This document shows positions 13,484 to 27,383 of a DNA stretch of 64,000 nt, piece by piece. A model generated the notes under the pieces. The model worked only from the letters and a program-made list of their open reading frames with translations, did no database searches and was not told the DNA's origin. Source of the stretch: the human T2T-CHM13v2.0 reference genome, Homo sapiens; NCBI RefSeq assembly GCF_009914755.1, contig NC_060939.1. The stretch is one strand, 5' to 3'. Positions within the stretch are counted from its first letter, which is position 1. Each line of letters starts with the position of its first letter. A program made the translations under genes and the position numbers.

Positions 13484-13542
13484 CTGCTTATGGTCTCAGT
13501 GATAACTCTTTGGTCACCAGAATATACCATTCCCCAACAATT
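13484..13542 (-). other. Candidate 59-nt internal exon
   Basis: Acceptor ttttaataaattcttactttgttcag| and donor CAG|GTAAGC; one open frame, NCWGMVYSGDQRVITETIS, which I do not recognise. Confidence 0.4.
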
Positions 13543-15003
13543 CTGAACAAAGTAAGAATTTATTAAAATTTACTTTTTTGTTCGAAAGGCTAGCCTAGGA
13601 CTGTGAGCAAATTGTGCCAAAGTAGCCAGCCTGTTTTGTCCCAAAATCAGTCAACTTGACAAGAAAAAAATATGTCAAAACAAGGTCAGTCGTTCCACAG
13701 TACATGGACAACAAATTCTCCTGATTAATTAAATTTTTCTTTTTCAACCAGTTGGAGCAGTAAGAAAAGACATACTCTTAAATATTATTTTCTCACTAAA
13801 AATATAATGCTCCTAGGATGTGAAAATGTACAGTTATGGACAATAACCTTTTCCCTGAGAAAGGGGAGTTGAAAACTGTCAATACCACGCTAGATGTCTG
13901 GACAAAATAAACAGCATCTCAGTGACTCCAGTTGAAAGCACTGAGAACTTTAACTCTACTCCATTACTATCTCCCCATATTTCTCAGCCATCTTCTCTAA
14001 AGAAAACAAACAAACAAAAAAGTAAAAACTTCACCTGACAGTTTTTAGAATTATTCAAGAATTTTGTAACATTACACCATCATCACATCCAGGAAGTCCA
14101 GAACACAGCCTGGAAGCCACACCCCTAGAGACTCCCTTCACCCATAGTGGGTCTATTCCTCTATTTAGCATGATCCGGGTGTCATCTGCCAAAATTTCCT
14201 TGGGCTGAAAATTGTTATGTTTGATTTGCCCCCACCAAAACCAGGGCCTCCTGACTGGCTTAGCAACACCCAATTTGTTCCGGACCCCCACACCGTCCCA
14301 TTCCCCACACACATTAAGAACATGCTGAAAATTACCTTCTCCCTTACTAAAATGGGTTTGAAGACTTCCCAGAAAAACTCCGTGTCTTTTAAACATCGTT
14401 GAGCCTAATTTAAATATTATCTAAAATTCAAAATAGATCAAATATCATGTCTAAAACCAGATCACGACATGGGACAAAGTACTGCTTGGTTTTCAAACTA
14501 TACACTGCTTCCACTCACACACAACATGCACATGCCCTCATTGAAATCATTAAACAACCAAAGAAGAGTAGTCTACCTGGATCCTACTAGATAATGACTT
14601 GGTGAAAGTTTTCTCATTGCTACAACTGGTTGAAAAGAAAAAAATACTTCTCTGGAATTTCTTTACGCAGTTGCAAAACACTGAAGCTAAGCTATGGTAT
14701 CAAATATTTTGTTTCTATAGTATATTATTTACGCTAAAACCATATGTTTCACTTATATTTACCTTTATCCCAATCTAAGACAAATGGTTATATTCATTTC
14801 ATAAAAAGAATAGGTATCCATTTCTGTGTATTCACAGATAAGTAGTTCAAGGGATCTAATTTTTAGGATTTTGTCCTATAATCCTATTCACGAAAAAGCA
14901 AGAACTGAAACCCACCATTTCTGGATCCCAAAGTAGAATCAAGGATCCCAGACTTTCTGATCTTTGACAATACCTTGGCCAAAAACAAGCATAACCAGAT
15001 TAC

Positions 15004-15056
15004 TGCCCTGAGTTTCCCAGAAGTAAGACAGTGTTTCACAATTATCCCAAGTAAAA
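15004..15056. promoter_or_regulatory. Duplicated STAT (GAS) + C/EBP-like module, copy A
   Basis: TTCCCAGAA at 15014-15022 and TTTCACAAT; 48/53 identical to 16092-16144. Confidence 0.5.
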
Positions 15057-15628
15057 CTTCAGACTCTTTACCATTGGCTTCTCCATGAATACATCTGGGA
15101 TTGCAGACAGCACAGGAGATAATGACATTCACTCCTCATATTGATCTGGCTACTGGAGCAGGAGGAATCGATAAGCATTACTGCAATGATTTGCTGAACT
15201 TTCGATTCGAGGAAATCAGATTCTATTTAGGCTGGGGAACCAAATATCTACCACTCTTCAAAAGAAGTTTGAGAGCTGGAGAGAATATCCAGGTGTCAGA
15301 GAAAGTCAACGTTGGGGAAATTAGGCTGAAAAATTCCTAAAAGTAGGATAATCAAGTATTTGAAAGGGTCAAGGCCTATTCCTTCTGCACTGGCAGACCC
15401 CTCACATGAAAATGATGACCCACATGGAAATGATGGTCTCTGGGGAGAAAACACAGCATAATACTGGCTGTCAATGGGATCTGCTTTTTCTCCCAAACCA
15501 CCATGAGGTGACAGTATAGCACAAGCATCACCTTCATTTCCTCTGTTATTTCCAGACTTTACTCCCGCCCTCAGACAAAAGTCCCACAAATCATCTCATT
15601 CTCCCCCTAAGAAACATCGCTGTTTTAG

Positions 15629-15996
15629 TGCTGTGGTCTGAATGTTTGTGTACCCCCAAAATTCATACATTGAAAGTTAATCCTCAATGTGATGGTATTA
15701 AGAGGTGTGGTCTATGGGAGGTGATTAGGTCATAAGGGCAGAGCCCTATGTATGGGAACAGGAACCTCATAAAAGAGGCCTGAGGAAGCTTGTCAGCCCT
15801 TTTTGCTCTTCTGCTATGTGAGGACACAGAGAAGGTGCCACCTATCAATCAGAGAGCCCTCACTAGACACCAAATCCGCTGGCACCTTGATTTTGGACTC
15901 TCCAGCCTCCAGAATTATAAGCAATAAATTTCTGTTGTTTACAGGTTATCTAGTCTAAGGTATGCTGTTACAGCTACCCAAGTGAACTAGGATACC
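15629..15996 (+). mobile_element. MLT1A solo LTR
   Basis: tgctgtggtctgaatgtttgtgtacccccaaaattcata...ccagcctccagaattataagcaataaatttctgttg. Confidence 0.9.
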
Positions 15997-16091
15997 TAGT
16001 TACCCACCACCCTCCTGGTCAAAGCCTTATCTTCAATAAGAATTTTGACATCTGGCTCAGAGTTTTCCTCTCTACTCTGGGAGAAAAACAA

Positions 16092-16144
16092 TGCACTGAG
16101 TTTCCCAGAAGTAAGAAAGGTTTTCACAATTATTCCAAGTAAAA
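16092..16144. promoter_or_regulatory. Duplicated STAT (GAS) + C/EBP-like module, copy B
   Basis: TTCCCAGAA at 16102-16110 and TTTCACAAT. Confidence 0.5.
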
Positions 16145-16729
16145 GTTTGGAGAAAATTGGGAGAAAAAGCAGCTCTCATTTGAGAGCCTAATACTACTGT
16201 CATTCTTGTAGATCCCAATATTGACATGGACAACCTACATAGGTCCTGGTCACACAGTTCCCTGACTTCCTCAGTATCAGGGGCCATATCCTGGTTATCC
16301 TGGTTAGCATGCAGAATTGTTCTACCCCTGAAATGAGACTTCATTATCCTATTCTCTGATCAAAATCTCTACTCCACTTCAGATGTCTTACTACCATATT
16401 CCCCATTACATCTATTTTCTTGACTTTAACCACTATCTCTAGTACCTTGAGCCCTCTGATTTGTCCCAGCTAATCACTAACTCCTATTCACAGCCTATCC
16501 TACTCATGCTGGACTGTCATGGGCCTGGTCAATCCTGAGAATCAAACAGTTAACAGACTTTCTGCCTCACCAGAAAAGACCCTAAATCAATCTTCTCATC
16601 TGCTTTTACTCTCAAATATTCAGACACCTAATTCTAAAATGCAAAATTAAGAACTGTGCTTTCAGTTGCAACTACCAAAATTCATTGTTAAAGAAATCAA
16701 ATTTTAAGATGGATTGGATATTACAAATA

Positions 16730-16895
16730 ATCTACCACAAGTCCCCCTTAATTTACAGTTAAGGGAACAGAAACCAAAAGATGTGCAATAACTTGCAAAT
16801 GTCACAGAGCTCATCAAGCAGCAACGTTAGAACCAGCTCCCAGGGCTCCTCACTTCCTGACTCCAAGCTTAATGTCCTTTTCTTTATGCCACATC
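16730..16895 (-). mobile_element. MIR fragment
   Basis: tttacagttaagggaacagaaacc...aacttgc...gtcacagagct...cctgactccaag. Confidence 0.7.
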
Positions 16896-17504
16896 ACCTT
16901 CCCTGGCCAGTCACTGGTGATTGGCACACACAGCAGCTTAAATAAAAGACATTTATTCTCTGAGTTAGGGAATTTTACACCAAAGAAGCATCCCTTAAGA
17001 CATTAGAACATGTTTTCTGTATTTTTTAAATAAAGAACTCTTTTGTCTAACTGGGAAAAATAACAAATGTCAACCACACAGAAATCATAAACAACCTCTT
17101 TAATGATTAATGAACCTACAAATGGGCACTGAATCCTGAGACTAATTTCCTATAGCAAAGGTTCTCAGTCCCAGTGGGCATCAGCATCACCAGGAGAGAT
17201 TTTTAACAGAATTTAGGATGTTTGTACTCTTCTAGATCCAATATAAACAGTGAGATACATTGCATGTGCAAATTCTGATCTTAAAAATATCTCTTCAAAT
17301 TAACAAAATATAATTTCTATTTATTTTTAGCGACACAGTGTTTCTACAGAAAGCTGGTTGATAATACAGAAAATATAGAAGAATTTGAATTCTTGTCTTG
17401 AAATTTGATAAAACCATTTTAAAATGCTAAGTGTTATTTAATCTGCATTTTCTATCTATTTATCTATCTATCTACATGTGTATTTAATTTTAATTATTTG
17501 GAGT

Positions 17505-18598
17505 TTTTTTAATTTTAAAGTTCAGGGGTACATGTGCAGGTTTGTTTTACAGGTAAACTTGTGTCATGGGGGTTTGTTGTACAGATTATTTCATCACCCA
17601 GGTATTAAGCCTAGTAACCCTTAGATATTTTTCCTGATCCTCTCCCTCCTCCCATCCTCCATCCTCTGATAGGCTGAGTGTGTGTTGTTCCCCTCTATGT
17701 GTCCAGGTGTTCTCACATTTTAGTTCCCACTTATCAGTGAGAAAATGAAGTATTTGATTTTCTGTCCCTCAGTTAGTTTGCTCAGAATAATGACCTCCAG
17801 TTCCATCCCTGTTGCTGCAAAGGACATGATCTTGTTTTTATGGCCACATATTATTCCATGGTATACATGCACCACATTTGCTTTATACAAGCTACCATTG
17901 GTAGACATTTAGGTTGATTTCACGTCTTTGCTGTTCTGAATAGTTCCGCAATAAACATCCATGTGCATGTGTCTTTAGGGTACAACTATTTATATTCCTT
18001 TGCGTATGTACCCAGTAATGGGATTACTGGGTCGAATGGTAGTTCTGTTTTTAGGTCTTCTAGGAATTGTCACACTGTCTTCCACAATGGTTGAACTAAT
18101 TTACACTCCAACCAACCGTGTATAAGCCTTCCTTTTATTCCACAACCTCACCAGCATCTGTTATGACTTTTTAGTAATAACCATTCTGACTGGTGTGAGA
18201 TGGTATCTCATTGTGGTTTTGATTTGCATTTCTCTAACAATCAGAGATGTTGAGCTTTTGTCCATGATTGTTGACTGTATGTATATCTTGTTTTGAAAAG
18301 TGTCTGTTCACATCCTTTGCCCACTTTTTAATGGGGTTGTTTTTTTCTTGTACATTTAAGTTCTTTAGAGATGCTGGATATTAGACCTTTGTCAGATGCA
18401 AAGGTCTAACTTTGCAAAAGTTTTCTTCCATTCTGTAGGTTGTCTGTTCACTTGGTTGATAGTTTCTTTTGCAGTGCAGAAGCTCTTAAGTTTAATTAGA
18501 TCCCATTAATCAATTTTTTGCTTTTGGTCCAATTGCTTTTCACATCTTCAACACAAAATCTTTGCCAGTTCCTATGTCCAGAATAGTATTGCCTAGAT
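17505..18598 (-). mobile_element. L1PA (about PA13-15) 3' fragment
   Basis: PolyT then aagttcaggggtacatgtgcaggtttg...; ORF2 C-terminus LISGN in ORF 17720-17908. Confidence 0.92.
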
Positions 18599-18631
18599 TA
18601 AAAGCTCCAATAGTGAAGGCAAGTTCTCCAG

Positions 18632-19405
<774 letters not shown>

Positions 19406-19689
19406 TGTTCTCCAGATATCTTTTAAACTTTTTAAGTAATTCTGATGCACTTCTATGTTGAGAAGCTTTACCTACTGTAGCTGCAGACCCTGAATGTGAG
19501 GGGTATATGCTCTTCTGGCATCCCACTTCTAAAAAACAACACAGTCCAGAGACTTCTTGGCAGCTGCTACTCTTGAGCTAAAGATTCCCAAACTGAGCAT
19601 GTGTAGACATCAGCCCAGATCAAAAACTCATACCCACTAATACTCAGATGTATAATTCAGCCTTAGGGATAAGCTATCTAACCATACGT

Positions 19690-22600
19690 TTCGTGCTCAT
19701 TAACATACCTCTCTTCACTCTTCACACACACACCTTCCCAGTCACTGGTAACTATCTACACTCTACTTACACGAGATCAGCTATTTTAGCTCCCACATCT
19801 GTATGAGAATATGTGATTTTTGTCTTTGTATGCCTAGCTTATTTCACTTAACATTATGACCTCCAGTTCTATCCCTGTTTCTGCAAATGACAAGATTTTA
19901 TTCTCTCTCTCTTTTTTTTTTTTTTTGGCCAAATAGTATTTTATTGTGTATATGTAACACATTTTATTTTCCATTTATCCATTGATGGACACTTAGGCTA
20001 ATTCCATACCTGTATGTCTTCTTTTGATACTTAGCTCTTTTGCTCAGTTTTTAAGAAGATTTTTTGTTTCTGTTATTGAGTTGTTTGAGCTCCTTATATA
20101 TTCTGGTTATTAATCCCTTGTCAAAAGGATAGTTTGCAAATATTTTCTCCCATTCTATGGGTTGTCTCTTTGTTTTGTTGATTGTTTTCTTTGTTGTGTA
20201 GGAGCTTCTTAGCTTGACATAGTCCCATTTGTCTATTTCTGTGTTGATTGCTTGTGTTTTATGGTTTTACACAAAAATGTTTTTGTCCAGACCAATGTCC
20301 TGGAGCATTTCCTCAATGTTTTCTCCTAGCAGTTTCATAATTTGAGGTCTTAGATTTAAGTCCTTAATCCATTTTGATTTGATTTTTGTATATGATAAGA
20401 GACAGGGGTCTAGTTTCATTCTTCTGCATAGGGATATCAAGTTTTCCCAGCACCACTTATTGAGGAGACTCTCCTTCATTGTTCTTGGTGACTTTGTCAA
20501 AGATGAATTGACTGCAAATGTGTGGATTTACACCAGGATCTCTATTCAGTCCCTTTGGTCTATGTGTCTGTTTTTATACCAATACCATGCTGTTTGGGCT
20601 AATATAACCTTATATTTTCAAGTCAGGTAGTGTGATGTGTCCAGCTTTCTTATTTTTGCTCAGGATTGCTTTGGCTACTTGGGCTCTTCTTTGGCTCCAC
20701 ACAAATTTTAAGGTTATTTTTCTATATCTATGGAAAATGTTATTGCACTTTGGTAGTTTCCTATAGTGGTAACATTTGAGTACACTCTCTTCCTCGTTCG
20801 TGTGTCTGCTCTACCAATGGTTTATAATTTTTTGTGTTTTCATGGTAGTAGATATCATTCTTTTGCTTCTAGGTGTGGGGCTCCTTTAAGTGTTTTTTGT
20901 AGGACCGGTGTAGTGGTGATGAATTACCTCAGTTTTTGCTTGCCTCAGAAAGATTTTATTTCTACTTCATTTTTGAAGGGTAGCTTTGCTGGAAAGTATC
21001 TTTGATTGACAGTTTTTTTCTTTCAGCATTTTGAATATCATTCTCTCCTGGCTTGTATGATTTCTGCTGAGAAATTCACTGTTGGTCTGATGAAGTTTCC
21101 CTCCTACATGACTTGATACGTTTGCTGTTTTTAGAATTCTCTCTTTGTCTTTGACAATTTGACTATAACGTGCCTTGGAGGAGACCTTTTTGAGCCATAC
21201 CTATTTTAGCATCTTTGAGCTTCCTGAATCTAGATGTGTTAATCTATTGATGGACTCAGGAAGTTTTCAGCTACTATTTCATTCAATAGGTTTTCTATGG
21301 CTTTGCCTAACTCTTCTCCTTCTGGGACACTCAAAATTTGAATATTTGGTCATTTTATGGTATCTATGTGTTCCACAGGCTTTCTCTGTTTTTGCAGACA
21401 GGATCTTGCTCTGTCATCTAAGCTGGAGGGCAGTAGTGCAATCACAGCTCACTGCAGCCTTAACCCCCCAGGCTCAACCAATCCTCCCATCTCAGCCTCC
21501 CAGGTAACTGGAACTACAGGCATGTGCCGGCATGCCCAGCTAACTTTTTTTTTTTTTAGAGACAGGGTCTCACTGTGTTGCCCTGGCTAGTCTTAAACTC
21601 CTTAGCTGAAGTGATCCTGCCACCTCAGCCTCCCAAAGTTTTGGGATTATAGGCGTGAGCCACTTCATCTGGCCTCTTCATTCTTTTTTTTTTCTTTCTT
21701 TCTTTCTTTCTTTCCTTTTATTTGACTGGGTTGTTTCAAAAGACCTTTCTTCAAATTCTAAATTTAATTTTTGCTTGTTCTAGTCTATTGTTGATGTTCT
21801 CAATTATATTCGTTATTTCATTCTTGAATTCCTCAGTTCCAGGATTTCTGTTTGGTTCTTTCTTATGATACTTATTTCTGTGTTGAATTTCTCATTCATA
21901 TCCTGAATGGTTTCTGATTTCTTTGTAATATTTATCAGTGTTCTCTTGTATCTCACTGAGCTTCTTTAATATCATGATTTTGATTTTTCATGCATTTTTT
22001 AGATTTCTTTTTAATTGGAATCTTTTGCTGGAGAATTACTGTGTTCCTTTGGAGGTGTAATGTTTTCTAGCTTTTTCACTTTTCTTCTATCTTACATTGA
22101 TATTTGCACAACTGGTGTAACAGTTGTTTTTTACAATTTTTTGGATTTGCTTTTGTAGGGGAGAACTTTTTCCTGTAGATGCATCTATAGCATTGGGTGG
22201 GTGAGGCACTTGAGCTTGATTATAGGTATGTGGAGTAGTGTAGTCTTCATATGATTTTTCAGACTTTTCATTATTCTCCAATGCTGTCTGTGAAATTCTC
22301 AGTGGCTTAGGCTGCAGTTGTTAGTGAAGGGTGTGGTAAAGCTTTGCTGGGGACAGGTACGCCAAATGCACCAGTTCTTGGGCCCTACTGATGGCAAGAG
22401 CAGGCTGAGTATGCCTGTCCTCTGGCCCCTGGGAGGCATACATGAGCACCAGTGGTATTGAGTTCAGGCCAGCCAATTCATGGGCCTCCAGGCAGCTTGC
22501 TTGGGTGCCAGCAGTGGCAGTGGTGGGTGGGGCAGGAGGGTGGATCCTCAAGCCCCTGACAGCATGCATGGGCATGGGTAATGAAAGTAGCCATGACAGG

Positions 22601-23648
22601 ACAACCCTCAGGTTCCCAGGCAGCATGCACTGGTGTTAATGGTGGTAGTGAAGAGCTGGGTGGGCCTGTCCCCAGGTGGCACATGCAGGTGGGTACCAGT
22701 GGTGGTGGTGGTGGCAGTGGCAGGCTGGGTGGGCCCATCCTCAGGCACCCAAGAGGAGTATGCAGATGCCAGCAGTGGTGGACAGAACAGGGTAATCTCT
22801 AGGCCTCCAGACAATGCACAGAAGTACTGATAGGAGAGCCATCAGGCAGTGCAGACATTGATGTTGCAGATAGGTGCAGGCTGTGGTGGGCATGGCAGGG
22901 CAATCCCGAGGACCGCAGGTCCTGTGGCAGGCAGGCTGGATATTTTCTCAGGCCTCCTGATGACATGTGCACATGCCCCAGGTGAAAGCTGGAATGGGGC
23001 TCTCTTTGTCCCAGGGGCTGCCTCCCTGGTGTGCTACACTGCCTGTTCCTCAGGTTATGGAATACCATGTGGGCTAGAATGCTGAGAACCCAGCTACACT
23101 GCTGAGTCCAATCAGTGTTGTGCTGCTGCAGCCCTCTGAGTAAACACAAGGGTTATGAGTGGGGTTCCAGGGATGTGGAGATCCAGGAACTGTTGGGCCA
23201 CAGGACAGAATGTGGTCTGGTGGAGCGTGGTTCTCAGAACAGTGCCATGCTTCAGCAGCTTGGGGCTCAGGGGTGTACGGGAATCAGCTTGAGCTCCCTC
23301 TCTGGGACAATGCTTACATGTGATCTCCAGGCAGTTGCCTACACTAGTCTCAGAGCTAACAATCCTATGACTAGGATTGCAGGAGTCTATAATATGGAGC
23401 ACTGTGAATCTCTCACTTACCCTTTCCCCACAGTGGGGAGCCTCCCCAGACTCCCAGCCAATCCAGCTGGGTTGGCTGTCTCCCTTCTAGCTCCCTCCAA
23501 GCCTTGGGTGTTTCCTGTCACTTCACTGAGTGTGTCTAAGACTCTCTCTTAGACACTCTATTCAAAGTGTGATTATCTACTCACTGTTTTGGTTCTTCTT
23601 TGCAGAAGAGGAAAGTGCTGAGTGCCTCTAGTCAGCCATCTTGAAGCC
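19690..23648 (-). mobile_element. Old L1MA-type element with 5' UTR, ORF1 and 3' end, lacking most of ORF2
   Basis: 5' end CAAGATGGCTGAC (reverse at about 23631-23643); GC-rich 5' UTR 22300-23640; ORF2 remnant LLNKWCWENL (20267-20500); junction near 20755. Confidence 0.82.
21390..21673 (-). mobile_element. AluJ inserted in L1 ORF1
   Basis: gcaatcacagctcactgcagcc...atcctcccatctcagcctcc. Confidence 0.9.
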
Positions 23649-23819
23649 TCTATCTGAGAAACTGGATTTTGAATCAATAAGTTATAAATCTATGTTGTTT
23701 GTACAGAAACATAACCCTTTGACTCTTACAGAAACCCTTTCTTTTCAATTAAACAAACATACACATACAAGCAAATAGGCAATAGATACAGTCACTGAAT
23801 GTTTCTGCTGGGTGGCGTG

Positions 23820-23945
23820 TCTTAGAGAATACCTATTCCACCTCCTTTATAGATGATGAAACAGGGTCAGAGTCTTGCCTAAGGTCACAAATCATTAGCT
23901 CTCTGCGAGCTACAACTCTGAGCTCTCTCCACTATTCATGCTGCC
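23820..23945 (-). mobile_element. MIR fragment
   Basis: tttatagatgatgaaacag...cttgcctaaggtcaca. Confidence 0.65.
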
Positions 23946-24492
23946 TCCCACAGGCATTACCAACTCATTTATAGCTATAAATGATTTTTAATACATTCAT
24001 CAATTTTTTAGAAACACTGGTATAATCACATTACAAGATTTCTATGCCACAAAGCTATTTCTATGTAGGAGAAAACAGTTCAAAATTTTGCCACTTTGTC
24101 CTCCAAAGTCACATACAACCTAAGAGTATATGAATTTGTCAAGTGAATGTCTTTTTCTGGTGTCTCCCCACATACCAATTATTCTGCATGTGGGAAAAGC
24201 CTTGCTGTGTATTTTTGTGTCTGTTCTTTTGAAAGAGTTTAATCAGACTAAACTATACGCAGTTCTTGGTTCTTTTACATTAAAAAAAATCATTTGTCTT
24301 TTACTGGCTCCTCCTTCTCCTGAAATATTCAGATGAGGAGATATCCTGCTATAAATATCTTATAACATAAGACTAAAGAGAACTGAGTCTTGTGTCCAAG
24401 TGATGGTGCAGGGAGACATCCAATGCACAGAATCGATCCTCGTACTTGGCTATGTCCCATGCATATTGCCTACTCAAGAGCAGTTTTCTACA

Positions 24493-24940
24493 ATTTATTC
24501 ATTTAGCAAACATCCATTGGCTACCTACTACACAAAGTTAGGTGCTGGGAGCAGAGAGATAAACAAAGCAGAGGTCCTGTCTTCAAAGAGCTCTTAGTCT
24601 ACTGAAGAAAATAAGTGTGCATAGACAATGCAATAGAATTTGATAAGTCCTATAATAAGGATAAATTCAGGATCTATAGGCTCTCACAGAGGAGCATTTA
24701 ACTATGCTTGGGGAGCAGACAAGTTTCCAAATGAAAATGAAATATAAGGTAGGATGAATAAGAATTATCTAAAAGGACAGGATGAAGAAGGAAATTTCAG
24801 GCAAAGGGAATAACATGTGCAAATGCCCAAAGTAGATGAAAATATAGAATATTTATGAAACTGAAATCAGTGGAAGTGGAGCTAAAAGATGGGCAGTGTG
24901 TCTATCATAAAGATCCTTTCATCTTTGGGTGCTGGGAAGC
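24493..24940 (-). mobile_element. L2
   Basis: atttattcatttagcaaacat...ggtgctgggagcagagagataaacaa...caggcaaagggaataacatgtgcaaa. Confidence 0.8.
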
Positions 24941-25639
24941 CTATTGACCTTTCCATTAATTGATAATGTGTATTCTCCCAAACATCCTCTCTATCTCAAA
25001 GTCCTACTAGCTTCTTGAACAAATATAACATCCAATGCACTAGCTTTCACTTTAGAGAATTACTCAGCTCCAATGACATCTATGCCCTTGCTTTACCTTT
25101 ATATCAGAAGCAATCCTTCACTCTTCCTTTCTATCTCATAAAAAAGTTCTCTCTTCTTTTGTCCAACATCAGTCTTTCAACCTGTGCTTTGATCTCCTCC
25201 CTTCCCTGCACCTCTAAATTATTGCCCATAAATTACCCTCTCTGTGTTCATTTTCCACACCAACATATTAGTTTTAATACTTTGCTATGTATCCTCTCCG
25301 TTCATAATACATCAGTGTTTATTAGCAAACTCCACACTATGCATTAGAATCTCAAAAGATGAATAAAAAAGAGATACAATCCTCAAATACCTCAGTCCAG
25401 CAAAGAAAAGTGACACAAAAACAAATGTAATTAAATGTATTTAACTTAGTCTACATAGTTCAATAGAATCATCTTACATGTCTGCAGCTGGGTTAAGGAT
25501 TTACTTGTGTTTTTCATGAACTGTCAAGAGGATCCATTTTTATCCTGAGCTCCAAGATGGAAGCAAGTCTGTGTACTGAACAACACTTATAATGATCCAC
25601 TTATAGGCATTGAGAATACCGTTTGTGGCATTTCAAATC

Positions 25640-26475
25640 TTCTTATTCTCCATACTTCCCCAAATCAGTTAATCTTCAAACCATAAATCCAGGAGTTACC
25701 CTTGATACCTGCATCATTTCCTATATCTCACTCATTATTGAGTCTTAGTGACTTTACCTCCAAAATACATCTCAACTCCATCTGCCTCCAGCCATCTCTG
25801 TCATCACCAAGGTATCAGAAACCATCCTTATATATTGCCTAGACCACTGAAATTGCTTCCAAATTGGTCTTTGCACTGCCATTTACTTGTCTTCAAACCA
25901 TTCTCAGTTCATCAACCAAAGCAATCTTTTTTATGTTGTAAATTTAAAAATATATAACAAATATAAATATAAAGAGCATTCTGCTATTTAAAACTCCCAG
26001 TGTTTCCTATATCTTTCAGAAACTAAAAAATCTTTAACATGGCCTAAAAATGCTGAGGGATCTTGCCTCGCCCTGCCAATGAAACGTGAAACACACAACT
26101 CCTCCCTTACTCACCAGGCTCCGACCTGATTTCCCTCCTTGAGAGCAGCAAACCAGTCCACATTTCCGAGGCTTTACACAGGCAGTTCCATCTGCCTAGA
26201 ATGTTCTTCTGCCCATTCTTCATCCAGTTAATTCCCACTTATCCTTCTGAGCTCAAGAAGGTCTCTTTTTCTTCATACTACAGACACAGTATGTAATCAG
26301 ATATTTGTTTCTGTTGATATTTATTTAATACCTCTCTCCACCAATATACTATAAGCTCCACATGGGAAAAGCCTGTATCTATTTTCTTCACAACAGTACA
26401 ACCAGGAATTAATGCAGTGCCTGATATACAGTAGGTGTGCAATAAACATTTGTGAATGAATTAATGGATGAATAA
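25640..26475 (+). mobile_element. L2 3' region
   Basis: cagtgcctgatatacagtaggtgtgcaataaacatttgtgaatgaa terminus. Confidence 0.82.
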
Positions 26476-26599
26476 ACAAAAAAGAAAAGCAGGAAGGAAG
26501 GACAAAATGAGAATTACATTGGCCATCGCATTAGAGATAGGTATCACATAGTTGTTCCAGAACCATTTTCAGTTCTCTTGGGTTCTCCTCACTGTCCCT

Positions 26600-27383
26600 T
26601 TGTTTTAAAACAGCTTTATTTATATACCATTTACATACTATAAAATTCACCCATTTAAAGTATGTATTTCAATAGCCTTTTGTGTATTCACAGAGCTGTG
26701 CCACCATTGCCACAATTTTAGAACATTTTCATCACTCTAGAAAGAAACCCCATACCCTACAGCAGTCACTCCCAAATTCTCTCTATAGATTTGCCTATTC
26801 TGAATATTTTACAAAAATGGAATCATACAGTATGTGGTCACATGTGACTGCCTCCTTTCACTTAGTACCATGTTTTCAAGGTTCATTCATTCTGTAGCAT
26901 GCATCAGCATGTCATTTCTCTTTGCTGCCAAATATTAATAATATTCCATTACATGGATATACTACCTTTTATCTATCTGTTCATAACTTGATGGAAATTT
27001 GGGTTGTTTCACTTTTTGGCTATAATCAATAAAGCTGCTATAAACATTTGCATATAACATTTTGTACAGACACAAATTTTCATTTCTCTTCAGTACAAAC
27101 CTAGGAGTGAAACTGCTGGGTCACATAGTAACTCTATGTTTAGCCTTTTGAGGACTTGCCAGACTGTTTCCAAAGTGACTGTTCCATATGACAATCCTAC
27201 CAGCACTTTATGAAGGCTCCAATTTCTCTGTATCCTCACCAACATTTGTTATTTTCTTTTTTATTCTAACCCTCCTAGTGAGTGTGAATAATATCTCATT
27301 GGGGCCTTCACTTGCATTTCGCTGATGCTAGTGAAGCTAAGCATCTTTTCATGTGTTTATTGACCATTTGTATGTCTTCCTTT
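26600..27383 (-). mobile_element. L1MB 3' fragment
   Basis: aacagctttatt...aaaattcacccatttaaagt...cctaggagtgaaactgctgggtca. Confidence 0.88.

Noticed and set aside
14055-15589. 60-113 aa ORFs in unique DNA
   Set aside because: No recognisable domain, they overlap on both strands, and their lengths are at chance level.
22321-23552. Dense ORF cluster suggesting a gene or CpG island
   Set aside because: GC-rich but CpG-depleted 5' UTR of an old L1.
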